DNA from: Octopus sinensis | Lineage: Eukaryota | Assembly: GCF_006345805.1 (NCBI RefSeq) | Contig: NC_043001.1 | Coordinates: forward strand, 100,564,001 to 100,628,000 | Reading direction: 5' to 3' | Length of the DNA: 64,000 nucleotides | In this document: positions 12,770 through 26,577 of the stretch, piece by piece | Numbering within the stretch: position 1 is the first letter of the stretch | Layout of the letters: each line of letters opens with the position of its first letter | Position numbers and translations under genes: made by a program | Notes under the pieces: model-generated | Told to the model about the DNA's origin: nothing | The model's input: only the letters and a program-made list of their open reading frames with translations | Databases searched by the model: none

Positions 12770-13135
12770 CTGGGAGATCCACAACCAGCAGAACTGAAAA
12801 AAGAAACATTGTAGATGTGAGGAGAAATCATCGAATCACCATCAGTGAGTTATCAGAGGATGTGCAAATTAGTTACGGTTCAGTTCAGTCCATTTATCAC
12901 TGGAGATTTGGGTATGAGACGCATGTCTGCTAAGTTGGTGCCAAAATTGCTTTCAGCTGACCAAAAAGACACTCGAGTCTCAGTTGCACAAGATCTCCTT
13001 GACTGAGTCGAGAATGATGAAAACATTTCGGAAACTTTATGTAGGCCTCTGAGCAGGTATTGCCAAGCTTTTGGCAAAATTTGATGCGGATTCTCTGCTC
13101 AACTTTCTCTGCCATGGTCTACGTGATGATCACAT
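12770..13135. mobile_element. Mariner transposase fragments in opposite orientations
   Basis: Plus: RITISELSEDVQISYGSVQS..DLGMRRMSAKLVPKLLSADQK; minus 13030-13115: MAEKVEQRIRIKFCQKLG. Confidence 0.85.
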
Positions 13136-13178
13136 GCTACACACCGTAATAAGACACTCAGCGAAGGAAAGAAAGGGT

Positions 13179-13213
13179 GTTTTACGTTTCGAGCAATGCT
13201 CTTCTTCAGAAAC
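13179..13213 (-). ncRNA. Minimal type I hammerhead ribozyme, intact core (PLE-type)
   Basis: gttt-CTGAAGA-A-GAGC att GCTC-GAAAC-GTA-aaac: stems I and II pair, palindromic ACGT stem III, GUA site. Confidence 0.75.
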
Positions 13214-14495
13214 AGCAGACAGGGGAAAGTCCAAGGGAAAGGAAAGACGGAGGGAAAAAATCACCAACAGTCCACATATGATTACATTTGGGAATGACCG
13301 GAAGCAGATGGACAAAGAGAAAGTGCTTTCTGAGATAGGAGAGTGTGAAGAAAGTTTGGTAACTGTATGTATGTGTAGGTGCAAGTGCGTGGCAGTAACT
13401 GAGTGTGTGTGTGTGTGTTTTTGTGTGGTTGTGTGTTTTAGCACATGTGCGTAGATGGGATGATCAGTAGTAGTAGGAATGGGTGGTTGTGGATGTGTGT
13501 GTGTTGGTATGTTTATGTAGACGGAGTGGGAATGTGTCTATGTGTGTGTGTGTTTGTCCCACCCTCTGTGTCACTCTGTTTCTCTCTCTATCATTCACTG
13601 TATGTGTATGTGTGTGTGTTCACATGTGCAGGTTGGGATGTGTGTGCGTGTATGTGTGTGTGAGTGAGTGTGGAAGTGTATGTATGTGTGTGTGTATGTA
13701 TGTGTGCTTGTGTGTGTGTGTATACACACACACACACATACACACATATATATATACATGTATATGTATGTATATATGCACACAAGCACATAGATATATT
13801 AATGCTTATGTGAAACACTAGGGTTTCTCCCTCAGCTGGTTCTCACAATGAACCAACCATTCTCAGACAACATGGGCATTTCACAGTTTTGTTTAGAATG
13901 CTCTATATGCTGTGTTTCTTTTGTGTATGAACTTAGGAACTTAAAAGACCTTCATTGTTACACACACACTTTTTAAAGTAAGATGAAACCTTGGTGTAAA
14001 TGTCAGATAATAAAAAAGAAGAGGCAAAAATATTCCTGAGCTTTTGAAATCTGTCAGACATATTTGGTTCTTATGATTGGTTTCTACAGGTTCGTTTTGA
14101 AGTCTATGTAAATGGCCAGATTGTTCTCTTTGAGTACAATTATTTAGAATGGAAAGCCAAAAGAATTGTGAATATCTAAAATATTATTCAAGTCTCTAGA
14201 TGAGCAGAAGGAAACATAATTCTTGAATGTGCAAGTATTTATTCCAGATGAAGAATATTGGAGACTAAAGGCAATCAAATACCAAAGTGGTCTGGAGTCT
14301 GCAATGAGAGACTATTTGGTAGTTCAGCTTCTTTAATATTGTTGATGATGGTATAGGTAGAATCAGGGATGAGGTAAGTGGTATTGTTGGTGGTGTAATA
14401 GCATTGGTGGTAGTGTAGTGGTATTGTTGATGGTGTGGTGTTATTGGTTTGATGGCATTGGAGACATGAACGTTGAAACAAATTATATTAAATGT

Positions 14496-14536
<41 letters not shown>

Positions 14537-14574
14537 AATAATGGTTTCCTTTTTATTCTTTCTTTATGCTTTTG

Positions 14575-14885
14575 TTTGTTTCAGTCATTAGACTGCGGCC
14601 ATGCTGGGGCACCACCTTGAAGAATTTTTATTGAATGAATCGACCTAAGTACTTCTTTTTTTAAAGTCTGGTCCTTATTGTATTGGTCTCTTTTGCTCAA
14701 CTGCTAAGTCACAGGGACATAAATACATCAAAATCGTTTACCAAGCAGTAGTGAAGGACACACACACATTCACGGCTGACTTATTTTAGTTTCCATCTAC
14801 CAAACTCATTTGCAAGGCTTTGGTTGGCCTGTGGCTCTAGTAAAAGACACTTGGCCAATATTCCATGCCGTGGAACTGAACGAGG
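14575..14885 (-). mobile_element. tRNA-derived SINE (family A), partial
   Basis: Similarity to 31262-31670. Confidence 0.75.
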
Positions 14886-15569
14886 AACCATCCAGCCATG
14901 CCAGTGCCTGTGAAAGAATTGAAGATGCCAAAGAATAGATTAAGTGTGAAGTTGTAATCTTCATGCTGTCATCAATGATATTAATGATGCAGATGAACGG
15001 AAATGTATGCAACTGGTTCTGGAAACTAGGCAGCAGCTTGCCAACAACTTGCCTCTACTCAATACCATTGAGATATGTTCATAAGAATTTTCTCTAAAAA
15101 CATAACTAACAAACATATGGTTAATTTAATAATCATTCTTGTAATAATTTTTGAAACCAATTCTAAAGAAACATTGTTTCATGTTTATTTGTCAAAAACA
15201 TCTGGCAGATGAAGAACGTTGCTACTATGATGGTTATTGTTCTTGTTGCTGTTGTAATAATCATTGTTGCAATTATTGTTACTGTTGTTGTTGTTGTTGT
15301 CACAATTACTGTTATTGCTTCAAAGTTGTGGTTGAAGCTGATAGTGTGTATGCATTTTGTTTTCTTTCTTAATTGGCAGTTTCAAGTAAACATTCATCAA
15401 GTCAAACTACAATGAATTGCTGACTTCCAACTCATTCTAAACTAAAAGTTCCAACATACCATATTAAACATTTACTCTAAACCCTACTGATCTCAGGTGG
15501 AGGGTCAAGTTAGACTCAGGGGCTTAGACCCAAGAAGGTTAAAATAGAAAGCAATCCATTCAAATTGAC

Positions 15570-16430
15570 AGAGTGTAAGCATCTTGGGAGAAAAGTTGTG
15601 CATAAAAGGCATCTGATGTGATGTGCAAGAGAGGCAACTGTGCTGGTATGGTCATGTGTTTCATATGGATGAAGATAGCTGTGTAAAGAAGTGCTGATCT
15701 TTAACTGTGGAGGAAACTTATGGTAGAAGTAGGCCCAGGAAGACATGGGATGAGGGGGTGAAGCATGATCTTTGAACTTTGAGCCTCGCAGAGGCAATGA
15801 CTGGTGATCAAGACCTTTGGCGATATGCTGTCAAGCTGGTGGCATGTAAAGAACATCTTTTTAATGTTGGGCCTCAGGGAGGCAAGTAGATGAGTTCCTT
15901 TTGAGCATTGGGACTTGGGCCTCATGGGGGCAAAGTGGCTGAATTCCTTTTGAGCATTGTACCTGACTGAGGCAGAGTGGCTGAGCTCCTTTCAAGCATT
16001 GGGCCTCATGGAGGCAAAGTGGCTGAGTTTCTTTTGAATGTTGGGTCTCACAGAGGCAAGGTGGCTGAGTTCCTTTCGAGTTTTGGGCCTCACGGAGGCA
16101 ATGACCAAGACTTTTGGCATTATATCATGCTTAAGAAGACCCATCAAACCAAGTTGTGGCAGATACTGGTGTCATTCAAAATGGCACCTGTGCTGATGGC
16201 ACATAAATATACCACAGTGTCATGCAAATGGCACCTGTTCCGGTGGAACGTAAAAGCACCCATTATACTTTTGGAGTGATTGGCATTAAGAAGGGCATCC
16301 AGTCGTAGAAAACCATATCAAATCAAACTCTAGTCTGGCGCAGCCTTCCAGCGTGCCAGCCCAGTCAAAACGTCCAACCCATGCCAGCATGGACAGCAGA
16401 CGTTAAATAATGATGATGAAGATGATGACA
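15570..16430 (+). mobile_element. Decayed RTE 3' end with ~38-bp tandem units in the UTR
   Basis: WYGHV and GRPRKTWD remnants; repeated GGGCCTCAnGGAGGCAAAGTGGCTGAGTTCCTTT; (GAT)n tail. Confidence 0.8.
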
Positions 16431-16769
16431 TATACACACATAGGTATATGTATGTATTTATAACTATTTATATTCATGTATGTGTATATATATATGAACA
16501 TATGCATGTGTCTGTGTGTTGGTGTCTCAGTACACACACAAATGCATCATTATAAGCATCATGTTATACTAAACAAACGTGCATACATGTGTGTACAAAA
16601 ACAATATAATATTATTTTATATCTATATTAAGTTACACTATCTGATGGATATCTTTATATACGAGTAACAATGGAAACTATTCTACGTAACCAAAAGTAT
16701 GAAGAACAATTATACATTGTGCTTATCTATTAAATATTTGTACATGCAATATATAGATACACACACACA

Positions 16770-17135
16770 CACACACACATATATGTATGTATGAATGTGT
16801 GTATATATATGCATGTGTATGTATGAATGTATATATATATGTGCGTGTGTGTATGTATGAATGTATATATATGTATGTATATGTGTGCATATATATATAT
16901 ATATGTACACACATACACACACATATATATGTATGAATGTGTTCATATATATATATATATATATATAGATAGATAGATAGATAGGTAGATAGTTAGATAC
17001 ACACACAAATATACATGCATACATACATGTATGAATGCGTGTATATATATGTGTGTGCATGTATGCCTGAACGTTTATATATATATATGTATGAATGCAT
17101 ATATATGTGAATATATATATATGTATATATATATA

Positions 17136-17196
<61 letters not shown>

Positions 17197-17539
17197 CACA
17201 CACACACACATATATGTATGTATGAATGTGTGTATATATATGCATGTGTATGTATGAATGTATATATATATGTGCGTGTGTGTATGTATGAATGTATATA
17301 TATGTATGTATATGTGTGCATATATATATATATATGTACACACATACACACACATATATATGTATGAATGTGTTCATATATATATATATATATATAGATA
17401 GATAGATAGATAGGTAGATAGTTAGATACACACACAAATATACATGCATACATACATGTATGAATGCGTGTATATATATGTGTGTGCATGTATGCCTGAA
17501 CGTTTATATATATATATGTATGAATGCATATATATGTGA

Positions 17540-17631
<92 letters not shown>

Positions 17632-17640
17632 CACACACAC
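16770..17640. repeat. Tandem duplication (~430-bp period) of a compound microsatellite
   Basis: Marker GCCTGAACGTTTATA occurs at ~17065 and ~17494 with matching surroundings. Confidence 0.9.
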
Positions 17641-17663
17641 ACACGACACAATTAGACACTTAC

Positions 17664-17731
17664 GCAGACTTATGTACAGCTTATCATGAAGTAATGATCT
17701 CCAGAGTATGAGATGAATGAATATAGTTCCT
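17664..17731 (-). other. Candidate 68-nt exon
   Basis: Acceptor tttatttcag and donor gtaagt in non-repetitive sequence; no recognisable protein. Confidence 0.3.
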
Positions 17732-18107
17732 CTGAAATAAACCGTTAAAAGGTTACACGAGAACCACTCTCGCTGATTATGCATCCTGTTCGTGTGGTAT
17801 TTCTTTGCATCTGTCATCAGATTATTTGTCATCTTATTCAGACTGGTATTTCAAATTTGAGAAAGTCCAGTAGAAAATGTCATCTAAGCTTGCTCCCTCA
17901 TCAAAGCACTTTTATAGCGTAATTAACCATCTATTTAACGCTAAGCATTCTTGATTGGTCAAGGGCTGAGTGGGGTAGAGGTCAGTCATCTACTGATTTC
18001 TAAGTGTAAACATCTACATTCACACATTCGAGTGTGTATGTCTGTGTATGACTCTCTGTGTATGACTCTCTCACTTACTCTCTTCATATATATATGTGTG
18101 TGTGTGT

Positions 18108-18144
<37 letters not shown>

Positions 18145-18197
18145 ATGCATATGTATATATAAGTGAGTGGACAAGTGTTATTAATATATATATATAA

Positions 18198-18402
18198 GGC
18201 AAGCTGGTAGAATTTTAAGCATGCTGACCAAAATGTTTAGTGGCATTTCATCCATCTTTATGTTCTGAGTTCAAATTCTGCCGAAGTCGACTTTGCCCCT
18301 GACCCTTTCAGGCTGATAAAATAAGACTCTGTCGAACATTGGGGTGATGTAATTAACTCAGCCTCTCCAGAAAAGTTGCTGGCCTTGTGGCAAAATTTGA
18401 AA
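18198..18402 (+). mobile_element. SINE (family B)
   Basis: GAGTTCAAATTC B box followed by the GTCGACTTTGCC core. Confidence 0.8.
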
Positions 18403-18418
18403 CCTATATCTATATCTA

Positions 18419-18477
<59 letters not shown>

Positions 18478-18482
18478 ATCTA

Positions 18483-18537
<55 letters not shown>

Positions 18538-18579
18538 ATATATCTATCTATCTATATCTATATATATATAGCTGATAGA

Positions 18580-18754
18580 TCGGTAGTCACTACACACACT
18601 TTTTTCTCTCCTTGTTTCTTTCTGTGTTCCTTTCTGTGGAAGAGCGTAGGCTCAAAACGTAAAAGACTTTTTCAATTCCCGAGCATTATACTAATACATC
18701 TGTTTGTTTTCTACACTACCTGTCTTCATCTTTTGTTTTTTTCATAAATTCTCC

Positions 18755-18760
<6 letters not shown>
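18580..18760 (+). mobile_element. PLE-like terminal fragment with degenerate hammerhead-like motif (18630-18665)
   Basis: Same family as 2120 and 52600. Confidence 0.6.
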
Positions 18761-18803
<43 letters not shown>

Positions 18804-18844
18804 TATATATATACACATATATACATAGATATATATATATATAT

Positions 18845-19950
18845 AAAAACCAAAAAGTCTTAGTAAATAGGAAGGCAGAAAAATCACAAATCCCTTCAGG
18901 TAGGTGGCCCTGCTTGATCTGTAGGAAAGGTGTAGGTAGAAACTCCATAAGATGCACCTGGTGTAAGCTATGGGTATATAAGAGGTGCAGCAATATCAGG
19001 GGAAGGTGAACAGGGAAACTAGCTTTTGTATGTTGAAAATGCACAGCTACAATAAATACTGAAAATGTGTAGAAAATAGACTCCATCAAGTGCTGGTGGG
19101 GGGTGGGGGGCAAGCTAGTAGCTGTGAGATCAGACTAGGCAAAGTTCAGAGAGATCCTACCTCAGCTGGCAACAAAAGGCTTCTCTCTCAGACTGAAAGG
19201 CAGATTGTATGATGCCTGTGTGCGAACAGCTATGCTACACAGCAGTGAAATATGGGCTGTGACTGCCAAGGACATGTGTGGGTTTGAAAGAAATGAAGCC
19301 AGTAAGCTTCGCTGGATGTGCAATGTCAGTGAGCATTTTTGACAGAGTGTAAGCATTTTGAGAGAAAAGTTAGGTGTAAGAGGCATCAGAGACAGCTGCA
19401 CTGGTATGGTCATATGATATGTATGGCTGAGGACATCTGTGTGAAGAAGTGTTGATCTCTAACTGTGGAGAGAACCTGTGGTAGAAATAGACCCAGGAAA
19501 TCATGGGACTAAGTGGTGAAGCAATGATCTTTCAACTGTGAGCTTCACAGAGGCAAAGTGGTTGACTTTCTTTCAAACATTGGGCTTTATGGAGGCAAAG
19601 TGGCTGAGTTCCTTTCAAGCATTGAGCCCCACAGAGGCAAAGTGGCTGACTTCCTTTTGAGTATTGGGCCTCACAGAGGCAATAACTGAAACCTTTGGCA
19701 TTATGATGTGCTAAAGAAGGAGATCCATAAAGCTGAGCGAAATCATAGTCATGGTAGATACCAGTGTCATGCAAACGGCACCCATGGTTGGCATTAGGAA
19801 GTGGTTGGCATTAAGAATGACATCCATACATAGAAAACCATGCCAAATCAGAGTGGAGTCTAGTGCAGCTTTCCAGCTTACCAGCCCTGGTCAGACTGTC
19901 CAACCCATGCTAGCATGGACGACAGACGTTAAATGATGATGATGATAGTA
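18845..19950 (+). mobile_element. Decayed RTE 3' portion
   Basis: Homologous to 10514-12180, including WPCLICRKGVGRNSI; multiple stops. Confidence 0.9.
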
Positions 19951-22560
19951 TATATATGTATGTATGTGTGTATGTATGTATGTGTGTATGTATGTAGTGG
20001 AAATGGAATTTCCACAATGTATTCCCTGTTTATCATAAGTTGTATCACTACTAATTAGTGGCCAATTAACCACTATAAGCTGATTGAATAATGAAAATCT
20101 ATGCAGTAGTTGAACATCTAACTGCATATGCAAGATATCATCTTCATCATTATCATAATCATCATCATTTAGCGTCCATTTTCCAAGCTGGCACGGGTTG
20201 GATTGCTTGACAAGGAGCTAGCAAACCAGAGAGCTGTCCAGGCCCTAACTGTCTATTTTTACATGGTTTCTACAGTATCTGTTACAACTCCACTGCTGAG
20301 TCCAGTGGCTGACTGTTTTAAAGATAACCTCAGTAACAATGTTTAACTTCTCTTGCTATCAGAATCACTTTTTGTCAGCTTCCTTTCAGCTCACACGATC
20401 TGTTTATGTTTAAAATTTGGAACTAAGTTTATGTCTTAATTAAATTTTACATCATTTGAGCTTAAGACATGATCAATCATTGGCCTACATCAGTGCCATG
20501 GAGGAATGTGCTGACTGTGGGTGTCTTAGCTTTTGTACACTTATGATAAAGTTCTAGCAATCAATCTAGGCAAAGTGTCATGCTGTCATAATTCTTGGAA
20601 ATTTCTTCAATATGAATATTTTATTTTTAAATGGAGATATAAATAGTCTGCAACTCTCCTTCAAACTTCAATACCGAAACACATCAAACATTTAGACATA
20701 CCAGCTTGGTGCATTATAAATCTGGAAATATCTGCCAATTAGAATGCAGAAAGTTACAATAAAATATCTCCAGGAAGATATTTCTTTATAGTTCCTCTTC
20801 TTCTTTAACGAGACTTCACTTTTTTGTGAAGACATCTTTTAGAGAATGTCTTATTGCCTTATCCATAATTCTATTAGTTCTTGAAAGCAGGTCAATCATA
20901 TTGGACTTATAGCAAGCTTTTAGATATAACATTACAAGCTGAAATTAAACAATGCCTGATCTAAATCACCATTTAAAAACTGACTTATCGAAAATACCAT
21001 CAACAGACAAAAAAACCTTCTCACACTTGGTAAAGGCCTTCTCGTAATGCTTCATTTGCCGATCATTCTTATTCTTCATTTACATATGACTTTCAATATT
21101 GTTATCACACAAACCTTTATTGACATTGTTTTTTATTTATTGTTTTTTTTAAGTAAAACTTCCCAGAATATTGCTTTAGAGATAAAAATAAATGCAAGTG
21201 ACAAAACTTGTTTTTTTTTTTTTTTACAATAACTACAACAAAATGTTTCGTTCAAAAGGAAAGACAAAACAAACAACAGAAAACATAAACAAAAACCGTC
21301 GTTGAGATAACATATCGGCTGCTGCAATGTTCTTTTAAATTGAACAGTTACTTTTTATATGATATAACTGTTGGTTTCAAGTGTATTGATTTTAAATATT
21401 TGCATATGATAAATAGGAATTCTTTAATCTTTTATGAATCCTTTTGAAGATAGAACATTACTTTCGAAAATTAAGAAAGTTAATTACATAGAAAAATGAT
21501 CCTATTTCCCCTCCACAAGTATCTGAGATGTTAAGGAGGTTTTTACACTTCTCTTTAGTTTATATTATTTAAGAGATTAACAACTGGAATATAATGTCAA
21601 ACCATAGTAATGAAGAATACCTAATTTAATTGTGAAGCCTAATAGCTTTGATAAATAGGAAAATGGAAGCTGTGATACTGGTGCTTCCTTTAAGCCAAGT
21701 CAGTGAAGCTGCATATATTCAATCTTAAGCTTTTACTCTTAAAAACTGGAGGAAAATAAGATGGGTATTAATAGCAAACGCATTCAGGAACGGATGAGTG
21801 TTGGGTGAGAGGCAAAGTTTTTCAAGTTTTAGTTACGTTGATCAGGATATGGTTTGGTCAGGATCTCTGTTGCCATTGGAAATTGTGGATTTTCAGGAAA
21901 AGAATTCTCACTATAGAAATGGATTCAGACGACATTACTTTGCAATGCTTTGATAAGGATTAACCAACAAACACTAATGTTTCCAATACAGTGCCACTCT
22001 CAAGACAATCAACTAGAAAATATCTGCCTGCCAGATCCAGTAAATCTACCCTCAAATCTTGTAAATCTACTCTGAAATCTTGCAAATCTAGTACCCCAAA
22101 TCCATTCCTATAGTTTGAAAATTGATGACAAAATCGTTCTGCATGGAACACCTCTTATCAAGAATCTACTTGAGCAGGCTGCTACTACTGCTGCTACTGC
22201 TGTTGTTGCTGCTGCTGCTGCTACTACTACTACTTCTTCGTCTTCTTTTCTTCTTCTCAGCCCCCCCCTCTCTCTCTATATATATATATATACCAACATA
22301 CATACATATACAGTCTGAGCTATAGACATACAACAGGTACAGGTGTGGTTATGTGAGTAAGAATTTGCTTTGCAGCCAAGTAATTTCAGGTTCATTCTCA
22401 TGGCATGGCACCTTGGCCAAAAGTCTTTGGCCCCCACCCTCCAACTGATCAATGTCCTATAGGATGGAAGTTATATAAAAGAACACCATGTTTGTGCACA
22501 TGTGTACATGTGTGTATATGCTCATGTATTCTTGTGTGTTTGTGTGTGTGTGTGTGTTTG

Positions 22561-22609
<49 letters not shown>

Positions 22610-22914
22610 GTGTTTGTGTCTTCTTGTTTGTGTTTTGGCACTGTTTATCTGCTTCAGCATAAAACATTGTCATCATTTAGGTTTCAGTGTCATTGTTTAC
22701 ATCTGCTGTAAAATCATGTCTGACTGGTGAGGGATTTGTCATCGAAACACCAATAGTTGTAAGTACATAATTCATAAAGAAAAAATGGTTGAAGTCAGCA
22801 AGAGCATCCAGCTGTAGAATGTTACCTTAACAAGTTTAATCCAACTTATGCTAGAATGGAAAAGCAAATGCAAAAACGATAATGGTATTGATGATGACAC
22901 ACGTATATACATAT

Positions 22915-23250
22915 ATATCATCATCATCGTTTAACATCCTCCTTCCATGCTGGCATGGGTTAGATGGTTTGACAGGAACTGGCCAGGCAGGAGCCTGTGA
23001 CATGCTTCTATGTCTGCTTTGGCATGGTCTTTATGCCTGGATTCCCTTCCTAACACCAGCCAACACACTGAGTGGACTGAGTGATTTTTATGTGGCAAAA
23101 GCACAGGTGAGGTCAGTTTTGGCATGTTGTTTTACAACTGGATGCCCTTCCAAATGCCAACCACTTCACAGTGTGGACTGGATGTCTTTTAAGAGGTACC
23201 TGCACTGGCAGGGTCAACAAGTAACTTTGCAAGACAAGGAATCTATGAGA
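22915..23250 (-). mobile_element. Decayed RTE 3' end
   Basis: CATCATCGTTTAAC...CCATGCTGGCATGGGTT terminus. Confidence 0.7.
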
Positions 23251-24384
23251 GTGGAGGGGGCATTGGAGGAGGTAATCTTGTGTCAGATGGTGAAAGATTA
23301 GAATGTGGCAGAGAGACAGAAACAGATGTCTTGCTGCAGAGGAGGTCCTTGGGTACCCAGCCAGAGAGAGGCAGAGAGAGAGAAAGCAGGAGAGAAAGTG
23401 AGGGGGAGAAAGAAAGCGAGAGTTAACAAGAATGAGGACAAAAACAGGTGTGCTGCTGAAGTGGAGGGACATGGTTACCGAGAGAGAGAGAGAGAGAGAG
23501 AGGGGAGGGAGTTAACAAGAAATAGGTTTGTTGCTGTAAAGGAGATACATGGCTATCTATCCAGAGGTAAGAGTAAGAGAAGGAGGAAGAGAGAGGGATC
23601 AAGAATGAAGGCAGAAAGAGGTTTGTTCCTGTAGAGAAGATAGGTGATTATTCAGCCATAAGGGGGAGCAAGGGAAGAGAGAGAGAGAGAGTGGAGGAGA
23701 CAGCAAGAGTAGGAGATGGATGGAGGCAAGTGCCATGGGGAAGAGGACTGGATTGGGGAGTGCAAAATAATCATTGGGAATGAAGAGGAAATGTAAAGAA
23801 GAGAAGAGAAAGAGTTTGGGAAGGGGGGGATGTAGTTTGGTTTGTTGGAGTAGGGTGAGTTCAAATACTGCCATGGTCAACTTTGCCTTTCGTCCATTTG
23901 GGGTTGGTAAATTAAGCCCCCAGTCAAGCACTGGTAATTGACTAGACTCATTCTCCAAAAGTTTCAGCCCTTGTGGTTGCATTTATTTTTAAAGAACGTC
24001 TTATATAGAAACCAAATCAGAAAAAAATTTTCTAAAAGCGATGTTTTTTGCAGAGGAGTCTAACATGGCAAAGCTGATTTAAAAAACAAAAGCATCACTC
24101 AGATCATTCTAATTTTTTTTTTTTTTGCATTTTATAATTATAACTATTTTTCTAAGATAAAACAGCAGTCCACAAATTTTAGGGTTTTTTTTACTGTTTC
24201 CTTGAATTCTTATAGCATCTAATGTTGCACTGTAATAAAAATAAAATATACAAGTTAAAATAGATTTTGATCGTTTTTTTAATCAAAAAGAGGTGTATTT
24301 TTTAAAAAATTTTATTTATTTGAGTCCTATTTTATTTTTTAAGTGAAAAACATTTCTCAGTATGTAGATATAACTGAAGAAAAT

Positions 24385-24800
24385 TGGTAGGATTGTCATC
24401 AAATCCTCAATGTCAATGAAACTGGCCTGTTCTGGAAAAAAATGTCAACTAGAACTTTTCTGGCAAGAAAAGAGGCAACGATATCAGGTTATAAAGCAGC
24501 CAAGGATAGATTAATACTTCTACTCAAAGCTAATGCCAAAGTTGAATGTAAATTAAAACCGATGCTAATTTATTGTACAATGACCCCAAGAGCATTAAAA
24601 GGCAGTAACAAGCAATCCCTTTCAGTAATTTGGAAACCAAATAAAAGGGCTTGGGTGACAAAGCTGTTGTTTGAAGAATGGTTCAATGTGCATTTTCGTT
24701 CCAAATTTGAAAACTTTTAAAGAAATAATAATAATTTAGATTTTCAAATTATTTTAATTTTAGATAATGCACCTAAGTATCCCACCTCACTTAATGATTT
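24385..24800 (+). mobile_element. Tigger/pogo transposase fragment
   Basis: NVNETGLFWKKM, GYKAAKDRL, NKRAWVT, LILDNAP motifs of the DDE_1 family. Confidence 0.9.
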
Positions 24801-25049
24801 GAATGGCAAATGCAAATAGCTGGATAGGAGAAAAATCTGCAGACATGCTGTTAAAAACTAAGGACAGACACACATTTGCTGTTAACCATCACAGAGTACA
24901 ACCAATGGCTATGGAGCAGAGGTCACCATTGGGCTTGGTGAGACCAAATAGTTTAGCCCAAAAGAAGAGGGGACAAATGTAGGATAGGACAGTTGGACAA
25001 GAACAAGTTTCCATGTAAGCCAACTTTTCCGTCTTTGGAGAGAAAGAGT

Positions 25050-25270
25050 TAAGGAATATCTTTAATAAAGGATATTAGTAGTTACCAGTTCATTGAAGAA
25101 TTAAAGAACATTCTTAGTGAAAGATAAATGTAGTTGGCACTTTCATGATCAGAGAAATAGGGAAATCCTTAGTGAAAGTTAAAAGTAGTTCACAGTTCCA
25201 TTGCTAAAGGATCAAGGAATATCCTTAGTAAGTAAGACAAAAGAAGTTCCTAGTTCCATCTTCGAAGAGA
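25050..25270. repeat. Four diverged ~55-bp tandem units
   Basis: Recurring AAGGAATATCCTTAGTGAAAG...GTAGTT...GTTCCAT. Confidence 0.6.
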
Positions 25271-25299
25271 AAGTTAACACATATCACAGGAAACTTTGT

Positions 25300-25990
25300 A
25301 AATCTCAGAAAAGAATTTGCTGAAGAATATGGTGCAGAAATAAGTCAGCAGTTTAAATGATGAGTTAATTTCCTATCTGATACCCTGCATAATGGAATCC
25401 TAGAGGCATATGCTCATAACATCCCACATGAGGTGAGAAAAGAAGTTGAAGATTCCATGTTTATTGATGTTCAATGTGATTGCTCTGGCATGGAACAAGA
25501 ATCAATTATTGCCATTATGTTTCTGAAAACTAGGATGTCCATGAAGATCTCTTTGGCTTTTTTAACCCTCCTGACTACACTTCGGAGACATTGACTACGG
25601 TTATTCTGGATGTTTTTGTTTCCTTAACATTTCTCTGGACTCAAAATCATGCTGTTTTAGTCTTTAATGGTGCATGTACTATGAGCAGAAAAATTTTAGG
25701 CTTACAAAAGAAATTAAAAGACATGTTGCCTGGTACATATTTTGTACACTGCAGAAACTACTCTCTGGACTTTGTCCTCCAAGCAGTTGGATCTACAGTT
25801 TCCATGGTCACTGATGCATTGAACTTTGTTCACCAAATCACCATTCTTCTGAAAGCACTATTGACCAGCCTTTGTGATGGAAATGACTTCATGCTGCAAG
25901 CCTGTGTCTGCTGCATCAAGTAATAGAATGTTCAGCATGCTTCATTGTTTGAAGATCTGACTCCGTGCCACAATGACATAACACCATCTG
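25300..25990 (+). mobile_element. hAT transposase fragment (Tip100/ZMYM1-like)
   Basis: DCSGMEQES, NGACTMS..GLQKKLK, YFVHCRNYSLDFVLQ, matching the hAT HCxxH region. Confidence 0.8.
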
Positions 25991-26254
25991 ACACACTGTG
26001 CTGAAATGCCTGTACTTAAAATCATGTGTAATACAAAGACTTTGGACATCCTCTTGGAAAACTTCATCTCCAAAATGAGCGAATATAGAAAAACTTTGGG
26101 AATGATTTGAATAATTATTTTTCCATGTAAAATAATAAAAAATATTATCATACTTCTGTTTGTTTTAACATTAAGATTGAAAAAATATCAGCCTTGATTG
26201 CAAAAAGAATTGCACCTGAGTTTGCACCCACCTAACCAAATTTTGTTCCTGGGT

Positions 26255-26577
26255 CACTGGACTCGATAGAGGGAAACTGAAAAAAAACCTGCCGTATATA
26301 TATATGTGTGTGTGTGTGTATGTGCGTGTGTGTGTATGTGTGTGTGTGTGTGTGTGTGCGTGTGTCTTTGTGTCAGTGTTTGCCTTTCACCAATGTTGAC
26401 TACCAGCGTTGGTGTATTTATATTCCTATAACTTAGCAGTTCAGCATGAGAGACCAAAAAAATAAGCACCAGGCTTTAAAAAAGTATTGGAGCAGATTCC
26501 TTGGACTAAAAATTATTTAAGGTGGTGCTCCAGCATGGCCACAATCTTCTGACTGAAAGAAGTAAAAGATAAAAGAT
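26255..26577 (+). mobile_element. SINE family A, 5'-truncated
   Basis: GGTGGTGCTCCAGCATGGCC 3' region and (AAAAGAT) tail. Confidence 0.75.

Noticed and set aside
14090-14320. Plus-strand exon candidate after ttctacag
   Set aside because: All frames stop within 30 codons and no product is recognisable.
16710-17832. Long ORFs (up to 313 aa) rich in Y/I/H/T/C/V
   Set aside because: Translations of dinucleotide microsatellites; the same applies to ORFs at ~2800, 13500, 44400, 56450, 59150 and 63400.
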